From the NCBI GenBank assembly GCA_017441005.1, contig JAFSAM010000077.1, forward strand, positions 6,443-70,442: a stretch of DNA of 64,000 bases. The letters are read 5' to 3'. The notes beneath the pieces are model-generated. The model was not told where the DNA came from. It made no database searches and saw nothing but the letters and a program-made list of their open reading frames with translations. The position numbers were made by a program, and so were the translations under genes. This document shows positions 9,133 through 19,074 of this stretch, piece after piece. Origin of the DNA: Clostridia bacterium (GTDB lineage: Bacteria > Bacillota > Clostridia > Oscillospirales > CAG-272). Position 1 is the stretch's first letter, and each line of letters starts with the position of its first letter.

Positions 9133-10568
9133 AAATTTGGATTTCCTTTCGTTTTTCCGGTAATCACCGCTGAGTTAGCTCCGAATTTTGTTACACTTTC
9201 AAATGAAATGCCGTTTTCGCGGGCGATAAGCTCGATAATGTACGGAGTGCAAAAGCCGCCCTGACACCTTCCCATTTGCGCTCTTGTCCTGCGTTTTATG
9301 CCGTCAAGATCTGTAGCTTTTGGATTGGTGCGAAGGGCATCAAGGATCTCTCCTTCCGTAATTTTTTCACATCTGCAAACTATTTTTCCGTATGCGGGAT
9401 TATCAGAAATCATTTTGTTTTTTTCTTCAAGTGAGGCATCCCGAAAACGCGTTGCCGAGGGGCGAGTGGATATATATTTTTTCTTTTTGTGCATAACTAT
9501 GCCGCTGTCTTTAAGCATATCGACAACGTATTCGGCAATTGCAGGGGATGCCGAGAGTCCGGGAGATTCTATGCCTGCAACATTTATAAATCCCTTTTGG
9601 GGAGATTCAATTATAAAATCTCCCGTACTACCTACGGCGCGCAGACCGCAGAATGAGGTTATGTTTTTTCCTGTCGGGACTGTCGCAAGGTACTCGCACG
9701 CTTTGGATTGAATGGATGATAAGCCGACTTGTGTAGTATCCTTGTTGTCTTTTTCATTAAAATCGACTGACGTCGGACCGAGTAGGAGGTTTCCGTCGAC
9801 GGTTGGGGAAACGAGAATGCCTTTACCCATAGACGAGGGAGGGCCAAAGATCGTATGGGTAACGGTTTTTCCGCACTCTTTGTCAAGTAGAATGTATTCG
9901 CCCTTGCGCGGACGTATGGTAAAGCTGCTATCATTTGCGAGTGCAGATACTTCGTCGGCGAAGAGACCTGCGCAGTTTATAATATATTTTGTGCTTACTT
10001 TTTCGGTGTACGAGGAAACCTCAAAGCCAAGATCGGTTTTTGTTATAGATTTCACGTTATAATTGCATTTCAGTTCTGCTCCGTTGTCCATTGCATTTCC
10101 TATTGCGGCAACTGCCAGTCCGTACGGGCAAACGATTGCGCCGGTCGGCGCATAGAGCGCAAAATGTGCACTTCGGGAGAGGGCGGGTTCAAGCTCGTGC
10201 AGTTCTTCGGAATTTAAGATCTTCAGTCCATTAACACCGTTCTTTTTACCCCTATTATACAGGTCGAGGATAGTTTTTAGATCTGTATCGTTAAAGCCGA
10301 CGACCAATGAGCCGTTCCTTATATATTTTACGCCAAGCTCCTTGCAGACGGATTCCATCATTTGCGATCCTTGAACATTGAGCTTTGCTTTCAGACTTCC
10401 GACCGGAGCATCAAATCCTGCGTGAATTATAGCTGAATTGGCTTTGGTCGAGCCCATCGCAACGTCGTTTTCTTTTTCTAAAACACATATTTTCAGGTCA
10501 TATCTTGATAAAGCTCTTGCAATCATTCCGCCGATGACACCCGCACCGATAATTACAACGTCATACAT
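9129..10568 (-). CDS. FAD-dependent glycerol-3-phosphate dehydrogenase/oxidase with C-terminal BFD-like [2Fe-2S] region
   Basis: 'MYDVVIIGAGVIGG' dinucleotide fold, plus C-terminal 'VCRCEKITEGEI...RAQMGRCQGGFC'. The start at 10568 was chosen for its G-rich RBS; the track start is 10583. Confidence 0.8.
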   Translation of the reverse strand: MYDVVIIGAGVIGGMIARALSRYDLKICVLEKENDVAMGSTKANSAIIHAGFDAPVGSLKAKLNVQGSQMMESVCKELGVKYIRNGSLVVGFNDTDLKTILDLYNRGKKNGVNGLKILNSEELHELEPALSRSAHFALYAPTGAIVCPYGLAVAAIGNAMDNGAELKCNYNVKSITKTDLGFEVSSYTEKVSTKYIINCAGLFADEVSALANDSSFTIRPRKGEYILLDKECGKTVTHTIFGPPSSMGKGILVSPTVDGNLLLGPTSVDFNEKDNKDTTQVGLSSIQSKACEYLATVPTGKNITSFCGLRAVGSTGDFIIESPQKGFINVAGIESPGLSASPAIAEYVVDMLKDSGIVMHKKKKYISTRPSATRFRDASLEEKNKMISDNPAYGKIVCRCEKITEGEILDALRTNPKATDLDGIKRRTRAQMGRCQGGFCTPYIIELIARENGISFESVTKFGANSAVITGKTKGNPNL

Positions 10569-10693
10569 GTTGTTTACCCCCATAGGATTGACATTACTAC
10601 ATTATGGGTATATAATAAATCGATCAAACCGGATTGTCAACCAATGGCTTTAAAGGTGATAAACGATCAAAAACGATCACAAATGAGGGCGTT

Positions 10694-11446
10694 ATGTTAA
10701 AAGAAGAGCGATACGATAAGATACTTGGCATTTTGGAGGAGGAGCAGTATATTTCTGCAATTAAGCTCAGCCGAATGCTGTACGTTAGCCTGCCTACAGT
10801 AAGGCGAGATCTGGCGGAATTGGCGCGCAGAAATCAAATAATCAGAAGTCACGGAGGGGCTAAAAAGATTCAGGCGGAGCATATTGTTTCCCCCCTGAAC
10901 TTCCGAAAAACAGTCCACGCATCCGAGAAGCGATCGCTTTGCCGACGGGCGGCGGAAATGGTGAACGATAACGAAATTATTTTTATTGACTCATCGACGA
11001 CTACTTTGCAGATGGCGGATTTTTTGAGTGAGAAAAAGGGGATAATCGTTATTACAAACGGAATATCGATTGCTGCGGTGCTTGCAAAAAAGGGAATAAA
11101 AACATACTGTACGGGCGGCGAGATATTTGAAAACTCGTTGGCTCATTTCGGCAGCTTTGCCGAAGAATTTATCGAGAGATTTAACATCGATACACTGTTT
11201 TTTTCGTGCCACGGCATAACCGAAAAGGGGATGCTTACGGACCCATCTCTTCCCGAAACGCAAATAAGGCGCGTGGCGATAAGACAGTCGAAGAAGATAG
11301 TTTTTTTGTGCGATGATACAAAGCTTGACGTGTCAACACCGTATAATCTCGCCCCGATTCAGACGGTAGATCACGTTATAACGAACACCGAGGAAGTAAA
11401 AAAATATTTTTCTCCCGAGGATCATACCAAGGTTATCGTAGTGTAG
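10694..11446 (+). CDS. DeoR family transcriptional regulator (GlpR-like), divergent from the G3P dehydrogenase operon
   Basis: N-terminal HTH 'ISAIKLSRMLYVSLPTVRRDLAEL' and a DeoR C-terminal sensor domain. The start is taken at MLKEERYDKIL. Confidence 0.85.
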   Translation: MLKEERYDKILGILEEEQYISAIKLSRMLYVSLPTVRRDLAELARRNQIIRSHGGAKKIQAEHIVSPLNFRKTVHASEKRSLCRRAAEMVNDNEIIFIDSSTTTLQMADFLSEKKGIIVITNGISIAAVLAKKGIKTYCTGGEIFENSLAHFGSFAEEFIERFNIDTLFFSCHGITEKGMLTDPSLPETQIRRVAIRQSKKIVFLCDDTKLDVSTPYNLAPIQTVDHVITNTEEVKKYFSPEDHTKVIVV

Positions 11447-11461
11447 GGGGAAATGGGAATA

Positions 11462-11496
11462 TTAAAACAAAAAGCGCACCCGAAAAAGCGGGTGCG
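11462..11496 (-). terminator. intrinsic terminator downstream of the radical SAM gene
   Basis: Stem CGCACCCG/CGGGTGCG. On the minus strand it is followed by CTTTTTGTTTT. Confidence 0.7.
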
Positions 11497-11501
11497 TAAT
11501 T

Positions 11502-12347
11502 CTATTTACTGAATCTTTTTGCGTAGCCGCATTTGCGGCATAATTCTTCGGCGGCACGTCTGTTGCTGAAACTATCGTAGATCGCTTTGGCGCGTGGGGA
11601 ACTAATGATCTGATCGAGGTCCGATTCGAACAGATTTCCGAGAGCAATTACGCCCTCGGCATCAAGGCAGCAGGGCACTACCGTTCCGTCGCACAGTATG
11701 CCTATCTGGTCGCGTAGACCGTAGCAGAACATATCGGCATCTTTTTTGCATTCATCGGCATTCATATCGGGCCAGTCGAAGTGTTCTGCAAACTCGAGAT
11801 ATATCCTGTCGGCAAGCTTTTTGCCGTTTTTGTTTCGAACGTCTGTCCATTCGCCGGGGAATTCCTCGTGAAGTTTGTCTAAAATAGGCCTATTTTCTTT
11901 TTCTTCTTCGGTTCCGATGTTCCAAAGTCTGTATGCGATATAGCATCCGGTATTTGATGCTTTGTGTGCAAAATCAATGCAATTATCGAGGTATGAGCTA
12001 TCGGCAAAAGCCTTATTTGCCGAGGGGGCGTGGAGGGATATGCTTATCTTGTGTGGGGGATCGGATAAGATATTGTCGCGTATTTTGCCTAAAAGTGTAC
12101 CGTTGGTGGTGATTATGGGCAGAAATCCCATAGATTTTGCAGTGGATATGAATTTCGGCAGATCGGGGTGGAGGGTAGGCTCACCCATCAGGTGAAAATA
12201 CAGATACTTGATCTTTCCCTTCAGCTTGCTTGCAAGATGCTCAAATTCATCTGCCGTCAGAAGCCTCGGTTTTCTCTTTGTCTTGTGACAAAACGTGCAA
12301 GATAGGTTGCATACGTTTGTTATTTCAAGATAAGCCTTGTTAAGCAT
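11502..12347 (-). CDS. radical SAM protein with C-terminal SPASM/twitch-like Cys cluster
   Basis: 'ITNVCNLSCTFCH' CxxxCxxC motif near the N-terminus and C-terminal 'CYGLRDQIGILCDGTVVPCCLD...CRKC'. The start is taken at MLNKAYLE; the track start 12491 adds an implausible extension. Confidence 0.8.
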   Translation of the reverse strand: MLNKAYLEITNVCNLSCTFCHKTKRKPRLLTADEFEHLASKLKGKIKYLYFHLMGEPTLHPDLPKFISTAKSMGFLPIITTNGTLLGKIRDNILSDPPHKISISLHAPSANKAFADSSYLDNCIDFAHKASNTGCYIAYRLWNIGTEEEKENRPILDKLHEEFPGEWTDVRNKNGKKLADRIYLEFAEHFDWPDMNADECKKDADMFCYGLRDQIGILCDGTVVPCCLDAEGVIALGNLFESDLDQIISSPRAKAIYDSFSNRRAAEELCRKCGYAKRFSK

Positions 12348-12480
12348 AAGATTCACCCCTTCGATCAATATAACCGTTATGACAATTATATCTAAAACAG
12401 TTAGAAATTTCAAGTGGTAATGGCGAACTGTGTTCACAAGCGGGAGACCTGCGTTAGCCGATTTATATATTGCAGATAAC

Positions 12481-12518
12481 AAAAAAGGCACACTTGATGT
12501 AATAAAATCAAGTGTGCC
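12481..12518 (-). terminator. intrinsic terminator (A/T tracts on both sides)
   Basis: 12-bp stem GGCACACTTGAT/ATCAAGTGTGCC, with A6 upstream and TTTAATT downstream. Confidence 0.75.
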
Positions 12519-12534
12519 TTTAATTATGTATAGG

Positions 12535-13389
12535 TTATATTTCTATATCGCAGTAGACGGGTGAGTGGTCGGAAAGCGGTAAGTAATATTTTGGCGAATA
12601 ACGGTTAAACGAGCAAATTTTCAGCTCTGACTCGGGTGTTAGCAGTATATGGTCGATTGCTTTTTCAAAGGGGAAATCGTAGTAATAGTCGTAGTATCCG
12701 TCGGCGAAGCAATAGTGAAGTCCCGCGCTTTCGTCGGGAGGAGCAATCGAAACGTCGTGTGCGTGGACGTATCCTTTTTCAAGCGCCGTCTTTACACATT
12801 GCGAATCATATCCGCCATTGAGATCGCCAACGATTATTGCGGGGCAATCGTATTTTTTTCTGTATTCTTCGATTTTTGTTATGATAAGACCGATTTGATA
12901 TACCCTTGCGAGGTCCGAATAGGGTTGGTAGTTGGGGGTGTTCGGTTGTGACGATTTCCACCACAGATGGTTTGTCGCAAAGATCAAATGCTTTCCGTTT
13001 TCTTTTATGCGGAATACCGCTATATTCCACGATTTTGTTTTATAGTTATTGAAGCATCCTTCGTATCCGGGTAATTCTTCGGGATAAAGGGCAAAATGGG
13101 AATCTATAATTTCAAATTTGTCCGTGCGATAGATTATGGGGGTATCCTTACCCCAAAGGAGTGCATATTTCTGTCCGTTTTCCAATACTCCGCACATTAG
13201 CTTTTCAGCCATAAGCGACGACATTTCCTGACATCCGATGATGTCGGGAGATAGTTCTTCGTATACTTTTATAAAACCTTTAACCCTGGCATCAGCAGAG
13301 CAGTCAAGCCCTTTTTCTTCCCAGGCGGGCTTGTTTACATCGTTTTTCCAAAGGTTGTGAGACATTATTCGCAGACTGCAAGATTTCAT
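12535..13389 (-). CDS. endonuclease/exonuclease/phosphatase (EEP) family protein
   Basis: 284 aa with 'GCQEM', 'GDLNG' and C-terminal 'SDHSPV' motifs, which are characteristic of the EEP fold. Confidence 0.8.
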   Translation of the reverse strand: MKSCSLRIMSHNLWKNDVNKPAWEEKGLDCSADARVKGFIKVYEELSPDIIGCQEMSSLMAEKLMCGVLENGQKYALLWGKDTPIIYRTDKFEIIDSHFALYPEELPGYEGCFNNYKTKSWNIAVFRIKENGKHLIFATNHLWWKSSQPNTPNYQPYSDLARVYQIGLIITKIEEYRKKYDCPAIIVGDLNGGYDSQCVKTALEKGYVHAHDVSIAPPDESAGLHYCFADGYYDYYYDFPFEKAIDHILLTPESELKICSFNRYSPKYYLPLSDHSPVYCDIEI

Positions 13390-13420
13390 TAAGGGTTCCT
13401 CCGAGACGGATTTTTTTTGG

Positions 13421-14632
13421 TTAACCGTTTGATTGGCGATTTTTGTTTGAAAATTTCATAAAGATAAAGTATGCACTACCTGCGGCAACCATAAGACTTG
13501 AGGAAAAGATCATTGTTCCGACACCGCCGAGGAGTCTCAGCAAGGGGATTGCAACAAGGCTCGATAGTGCGACGCCAAGTGTGTGCAGAAGCATTCTGTA
13601 TGATGAATACTGACCGATATAATCATAATCGACAAGCTCGACTATGACGCAGGGGACTGCCGAGTCGATGACCGATATGCAGAGGGCAGACAAAAAGTAC
13701 ATTGTGTAGAATACGACTATATTGCCCGACATCATAAGCGGCATAAGTATAATCAGACAAAGGCTCGAAAAGAACGTAAGCTTTGAGTTTCTTTTTGGGG
13801 AAGAGACCTTGGAAAAGAAAAAGTTACCGATCATATAGGCGCTTTGCAGAATGAGCGAAAGAACTGCGGAGGCAGAGTCGCTTTTTGTTATGCCGAGCGA
13901 AAAGCCGATGGTCATTGTGGAGACGAATATGCCCGAATTAAAGCCGCGCATAAGGTGGGGAAGCGCCAGAATATAGAACGGCTTGTATTTCAGTATGTTG
14001 GTTTTTTTGGCTTGATTATCTTTTCTTTGGGGGAAGGTGGGCTCGGTCGAGCGTATGCTCATAGCGACAATAAACGATATTATTATAAGCGTGATTCCGA
14101 AAAGGAAGAAAAAGAGCATCGATTTATTGTAGTCAAATCTTGCGGTTACAAAAATCATCACCGATGAAGACAAAGCGCCCGTAAGCCCGCAAAAGAAGCT
14201 CGTTATTCCCATTATGTTTCCGAGGCGGTTTATATCGAGGTAATAATACGGTGTTTTGTACTGTACGACAGCTAAGACGGCCTGGTCAATATTGGTGATG
14301 ATTCCTGCCGCAAACAGCCCTACCGTTTTGATCTTCAAAGACAGATTCGGGGTCAGACAAAAGGCGATCAAGGCGACAAAAAGAATGATCTGCAATAGAA
14401 TCGATATTGAGTAGAGCTGCATAATTCTTTTTATTCTGTCGACTATGAGCGAGAAGCCCAGCATAACGACTACCTGTGTGATCTGCAAAACTGACAAATA
14501 GAGCATTACCGTGGTATCGGGAATGCCGTTTTTCAGCATAAAGCCTTGTATAATAGCATTTGTGATCAATGTGCAGGCAAGGCTGTATAGTGTGACGTGT
14601 ATAACGTGCTTTTGATTGTTTGTGAGTTTCAT
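13421..14632 (-). CDS. MFS-type transporter
   Basis: 403 aa, highly hydrophobic, about 12 predicted TM segments. No substrate assignment is possible. Confidence 0.7.
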   Translation of the reverse strand: MKLTNNQKHVIHVTLYSLACTLITNAIIQGFMLKNGIPDTTVMLYLSVLQITQVVVMLGFSLIVDRIKRIMQLYSISILLQIILFVALIAFCLTPNLSLKIKTVGLFAAGIITNIDQAVLAVVQYKTPYYYLDINRLGNIMGITSFFCGLTGALSSSVMIFVTARFDYNKSMLFFFLFGITLIIISFIVAMSIRSTEPTFPQRKDNQAKKTNILKYKPFYILALPHLMRGFNSGIFVSTMTIGFSLGITKSDSASAVLSLILQSAYMIGNFFFSKVSSPKRNSKLTFFSSLCLIILMPLMMSGNIVVFYTMYFLSALCISVIDSAVPCVIVELVDYDYIGQYSSYRMLLHTLGVALSSLVAIPLLRLLGGVGTMIFSSSLMVAAGSAYFIFMKFSNKNRQSNG

Positions 14633-14819
14633 TAATTTTACCCTCTTGTCAAGAAGAAAATCGGGAAATCATTACCTGAATAGTAACACATAAAATTTAA
14701 AAAGTAAATAGGGACAAAAAAATTTTTGAAAAAACACGATTGGAAGATTTTATGAATAAATATATTGATATTTGATCAATATGTATGATATAATAAAATG
14801 TGGAAACGGAGGGAGCAGA

Positions 14820-16817
14820 ATGAGAGTACGAAAGAAAAACAAAATGATCGAATACGATCCGTACCTTTTGCCTTATGAAAAGGACTTAGAGCTTCGTCGG
14901 GCGCTTTATGCCTCAAAAAGAAAAGAGCTGTTAGGTAATTTAAGAAAAATAAAAAGCTTTGCAAACGGGCATCGATATTTCGGCTTCCACCGCAAGAGGA
15001 CAGGTTGGGTCTACAGAGAATGGGCTCCCGCCGCCGAGAAAATGTATCTTACGGGTGATTTCAATAACTGGGATATATCCTCGCACCAAATGAAAAAGCT
15101 TGAAAACGGCATTTTTGAAATAGAATTAAAGGGCAGGAATGCTTTGATTCCCGGACAAAAGGTTCAGGCTATTGTGATATATAAAGGGCAGACCCTTCGC
15201 CGTGTGCCTACTTATGCTACGAGAGTCGTGCAGGACCCCGTTACCTATTTATGGTGTTGCGAGCTTGAAGAGCCGAACGAAAGGTTCCCTTGGACCGACG
15301 GCGGTTTTGTTCCGCAAAAAACACCCTTTATCTATGAATGCCATATAGGTATGGCTCAGGAAGAGGGACGGGTAGGTACTTATAGTGAATTCACAAAAAA
15401 CATCCTTCCGAGAATAAAAAAGCTGGGCTACAACACGATACAGATCATGGCGGTAATGGAGCATCCGTATTACGGCTCGTTTGGCTATCAGGTGTCAAAC
15501 TTTTTTGCTGTTTCATCGCGTTGCGGACACGGTAGCGAGCTGAAAGAGCTTATAAATACCGCTCACGAAATGGGGATTGCCGTATTGCTTGACGTCGTGC
15601 ACTCGCACGCTGTCAAGAACACGAATGAGGGGCTGAACGAGTTTGACGGAACGGTATATCAGTTCTTTCACGGTGGGGTAAGGGGTGACCACAGCGCGTG
15701 GGGCACAAAGCTTTTCAACTATTCAAAAAACGAGGTACTTCATTTCCTTCTTTCAAACTTGAAATACTGGATGGAGGAATTCCATTTTGACGGCTTCCGC
15801 TTCGACGGAGTGACGTCGATGCTTTATCACGATCACGGGCTTGGCAGTGCTTTTACCGACTATTCTATGTATTTTTCGACCAATACAGATACCGATGCCG
15901 TTACCTATCTGCAGCTCGCAAACGAGCTTATTCACGAGATCAACCCCGATGCCATAACCATCGCCGAGGATATGTCGGGAATGCCCGGTATGTGTATTCC
16001 GATAAGCGACGGCGGAATAGGCTTTGACTACCGACTGTCGATGGGCGTGCCCGATCTTTGGATCAAAACCATCAAGGAATATACCGACGACGAGTGGGAT
16101 ATGGGTAAGCTGTGGTATGAGCTTACCTCCCGTCGACCGCACGAAAAGAATATCGGCTACTGCGAGTCGCACGATCAGGCATTGGTGGGTGACAAGACGA
16201 TCATGTTCAGATTATGCGATGCCGATATGTATACCTCAATGAGCAAAATATATACCAACAGCGTGATAGACAGAGGTATTGCCTTGCACAAGATGATCAG
16301 ACTGCTTACTGCATCTCTTGCCGGAAACGGGTATCTGAACTTTATGGGCAACGAGTTCGGCCATCCCGAGTGGATAGATTTTCCGCGCGAGGGCAACGGC
16401 TGGAGCTATCACTATTGCCGCAGACAGTGGAGTCTGGTCGATTCTCCCGAGCTCAGATACTGCGAATTAAACGAGTTTGATATGGCAATGATAAAGCTTC
16501 TCAAGGAGGGCGACCTTCTTGAAAAAACGGCTGTAAACCGCTGGATGCATCAAGACGACAAGCTTATTATTTATACCAAGGGAGACTTTGTATTTATATT
16601 CAATTTCCACCCGACAAAGTCGTTTGACGGCTATTTTGTGCCGGTGGGGGATATTGGAAAATACACCGTTTCGCTTTCGACCGATGACAAAATATTCGGA
16701 GGATTTGAGAGGGTGGATACCGAGGTCGAATACAGTGCATATAAAGCACAGGACGGCAGAGTCGGCTTCAAATGCTATATTCCAAACAGAACGGCAATTG
16801 TCTTAAAGAAAAAATAA
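14820..16817 (+). CDS. glgB: 1,4-alpha-glucan branching enzyme (GH13)
   Basis: GH13 conserved regions 'DVVHSH', 'GFRFDGVTSM', 'IAEDMSG' and 'YCESHDQ'. A GGAGGGAG RBS precedes the ATG at 14820. Confidence 0.9.
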   Translation: MRVRKKNKMIEYDPYLLPYEKDLELRRALYASKRKELLGNLRKIKSFANGHRYFGFHRKRTGWVYREWAPAAEKMYLTGDFNNWDISSHQMKKLENGIFEIELKGRNALIPGQKVQAIVIYKGQTLRRVPTYATRVVQDPVTYLWCCELEEPNERFPWTDGGFVPQKTPFIYECHIGMAQEEGRVGTYSEFTKNILPRIKKLGYNTIQIMAVMEHPYYGSFGYQVSNFFAVSSRCGHGSELKELINTAHEMGIAVLLDVVHSHAVKNTNEGLNEFDGTVYQFFHGGVRGDHSAWGTKLFNYSKNEVLHFLLSNLKYWMEEFHFDGFRFDGVTSMLYHDHGLGSAFTDYSMYFSTNTDTDAVTYLQLANELIHEINPDAITIAEDMSGMPGMCIPISDGGIGFDYRLSMGVPDLWIKTIKEYTDDEWDMGKLWYELTSRRPHEKNIGYCESHDQALVGDKTIMFRLCDADMYTSMSKIYTNSVIDRGIALHKMIRLLTASLAGNGYLNFMGNEFGHPEWIDFPREGNGWSYHYCRRQWSLVDSPELRYCELNEFDMAMIKLLKEGDLLEKTAVNRWMHQDDKLIIYTKGDFVFIFNFHPTKSFDGYFVPVGDIGKYTVSLSTDDKIFGGFERVDTEVEYSAYKAQDGRVGFKCYIPNRTAIVLKKK

Positions 16818-16831
16818 TACAAGCATAAAAA

Positions 16832-16861
16832 ATGACCGTACTGAATTGTACGGTCATTTTC
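16832..16861. terminator. bidirectional intrinsic terminator between glgB and the dehydrogenase gene
   Basis: Stem ATGACCGTAC/GTACGGTCAT flanked by an A tract and a T tract. Confidence 0.75.
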
Positions 16862-16883
16862 ATTGTTTTCTTGATTTATCGGC

Positions 16884-17921
16884 TTATCTTCTGCCCCAGA
16901 TGCAGTCTTCAGCAAACTGTTCAGCGATTACGCCTTCGGGAACGCCTGTAGACTTGGACTCGGTAAGAATGTTCTCAACGGTATTGTAGATGTTGTATAC
17001 CTTCTTGAGAACCTCTTCTTCGTTGTAGTTGCCTGCAGCTTCGCCTGCCGCGTTGATTACGCCGCCTGCGTTGATGATGAAGTCAGGCGCATAAGCGATA
17101 CCTCTTGCCTTGAGAGCTTCACCCGAAGCGAGGTCGAGGATAACGTTATTAGCCGCACCTGCAATTGCCTTACAGTTGAAGTTGGGGATTGTGTCGGGGT
17201 TAACGATAGCACCCATAGCACAGGGAGCGAGAATGTCGCATTCCTGAGAAAGGATCTTGTCTGCGGGAACGATCTCTGCACCGAACTTGTCGCGGAGCTC
17301 TTCGAGAGGAGCCATGTTTGTACGGTTGGAAACGTAGAGCTTAGCACCCTCTTTTGCGAGGTGGTGGCAAAGGTCGAAGCCAACCTTACCGATACCCTGA
17401 ACGGCAATCTTCATACCGTTGAGGTTGTCAGTGCCGAAAACTACCTTTGCGGTAGCCTTGATACCCTGCCATGTACCGATGGAGGTATAGGGAGAGGGGT
17501 CGCCGCTGATATGGGGAAGACCGCAGATGTACTTTGTTTTTCTTGCCATAATAAGAGCATCGTCGCAGTCTGTGTTAACATCTTCTGCTGTGATGTAGCA
17601 GCCGCCGAGAGCGTTTACAGCTTCAGCAAATGCTTCGAACATAGCTTCTGTCTTCTGGGAAGGATCGGCAATAATAACGCCCTTACCGCCGCCAAAGTCA
17701 AGACCTGCTGCAGCATTCTTGTGAGACATACCGCGAGAGAGACGGAGAACGTCGAAAAGTGCATCGTCGCTTGATGCGTAAGGATAGAGACGGCAGCCGC
17801 CGATGGCAGGGCCTCTAACTGTATTATGTACTGCAATAATAGCACGAAGGCCTGCTTTTTCGTTGTTTACGAACAATACTTTTTCGTGTCCGCGATCAAC
17901 CATAGTTTCAATGAGTTTCAA
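16884..17921 (-). CDS. Leu/Val/Phe-type amino acid dehydrogenase (Glu/Leu/Phe/Val dehydrogenase family)
   Basis: 'GLRAIIAVHNTVRGPAIGGCR', catalytic-Lys motif 'FGGGKGVI' and Rossmann motif 'VQGIGKVG'. A TTG at 17921 sits 6 nt after AAGAGGTG; the track start GTG at 17930 overlaps the RBS. Confidence 0.85.
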   Translation of the reverse strand: MKLIETMVDRGHEKVLFVNNEKAGLRAIIAVHNTVRGPAIGGCRLYPYASSDDALFDVLRLSRGMSHKNAAAGLDFGGGKGVIIADPSQKTEAMFEAFAEAVNALGGCYITAEDVNTDCDDALIMARKTKYICGLPHISGDPSPYTSIGTWQGIKATAKVVFGTDNLNGMKIAVQGIGKVGFDLCHHLAKEGAKLYVSNRTNMAPLEELRDKFGAEIVPADKILSQECDILAPCAMGAIVNPDTIPNFNCKAIAGAANNVILDLASGEALKARGIAYAPDFIINAGGVINAAGEAAGNYNEEEVLKKVYNIYNTVENILTESKSTGVPEGVIAEQFAEDCIWGRR

Positions 17922-18042
17922 AGAAATCACCTCTTAGAAAAATTTGAATAAACATATCCAAGGCATGGAAAGATCGAGCCAAATTAAACGTCCAAAAAAG
18001 CCTTTAAGAGATTCTTATCTTCCATACAAAAAATATGGAAAT

Positions 18043-18071
18043 ATTCTATCATAAAGATGTTGTGGTGTCAA
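18043..18071 (-). promoter_or_regulatory. sigma-A type promoter of the dehydrogenase gene
   Basis: On the minus strand: TTGACA, 17 nt, TAGAAT. It lies about 110 nt upstream of the start codon. Confidence 0.55.
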
Positions 18072-18233
18072 TATTTTTTTGCATAAAAATTTTAAGTTTT
18101 TTTAAAAAAACGCATTAAAGAAGACACATCGGAATGTACAGATTGAACCGATGTGCCTGTGTGCTTAAATCCGGGGACCGGAAATCAAGAATATAATTTT
18201 CTTTTTGTCCGATCTTTCGGGAGAAAATCTATA

Positions 18234-18863
18234 TCAGCCGGCTGAATAATCGACACCGAGTGTTTCGCAAAGGGAAAGAACGGTTACGGGAGTGTCGACA
18301 CGGAGGTACACACCGTATCGGTTATCTACGGTCATTTTTCCGTCTTTTATGGACGAAATGACTATTGTATCCGTGTAGGGCTCTTCATATTCGCCGTAGT
18401 CTGCACGGGTATATGTTATTTCGAGCTTTGAGCCATTGAGGATATAGGTTCCGTAATCGCTCGGGAAGCCCATCGGAGCCGTATACCATCCTTCCTCGCC
18501 TTGCATAGGCATATAATACGAGTTGTAGAGGGTGCGTCCGTCGCTTTGGGCAGTTCCGTCCTCGTTGAGCGTAATGGTGTGGGTATATAAGCAGTTGTCT
18601 TCGCGGATGACGCTCATCCAAGTGCCTGTGATATCGCTTTTTGTGATCTCGGGAGAGGCAACGCTTTGTGTCTCCGACTCGGTTTGGATCGTGGTTTGCT
18701 CTGTTGTGTCCGATTCATCTGTAGCTGTCGATTGTTCTTCAAGTGTTTCGTTTCCGGGTCTTGCGTGGGTTATCGCTTCATTTTTGCGGGTCACTATGCT
18801 GCATCCTGTCGAAAGAATTGCAAGTGTTAAGATCAAAGTAATAAAGACAAATGTTTTTTTCAT
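18234..18863 (-). CDS. lipoprotein of unknown function
   Basis: MKKTFVFITLILTLAILSTGCS lipobox followed by an acidic T/E-rich linker. Confidence 0.7.
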   Translation of the reverse strand: MKKTFVFITLILTLAILSTGCSIVTRKNEAITHARPGNETLEEQSTATDESDTTEQTTIQTESETQSVASPEITKSDITGTWMSVIREDNCLYTHTITLNEDGTAQSDGRTLYNSYYMPMQGEEGWYTAPMGFPSDYGTYILNGSKLEITYTRADYGEYEEPYTDTIVISSIKDGKMTVDNRYGVYLRVDTPVTVLSLCETLGVDYSAG

Positions 18864-19074
18864 ATTGGTATTTTCTCCTGTAAATTATATTTGTATCGCG
18901 AAATGTACCAAACAACACAATGATAGCACATTTATGTGGGAAAATCAATAGCGTTGTTCTATTCCCGAAAAACTGTTTTTTCAAAAAATAAGTAAATATT
19001 TTTAATACTCATTGAAGATATTTTGTTTTTGTAGTATAATTCAAAACACATACAGTTAAGGTTGGTAAAAGGAA

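Noticed and set aside
17931-18042. T-box or other riboswitch in the ~110-nt leader of the amino acid dehydrogenase gene
   Set aside because: Only short hairpins (TTCCATA/TATGGAA) are visible. No T-box consensus or recognisable riboswitch core could be identified by eye.
18124-18160. Hairpin GACACATCGG...CCGATGTGCC as a tenth H-family copy
   Set aside because: Only the first 7-8 nt of the stem resemble the H stem. The loop motif and the flanking A/T tracts are absent.
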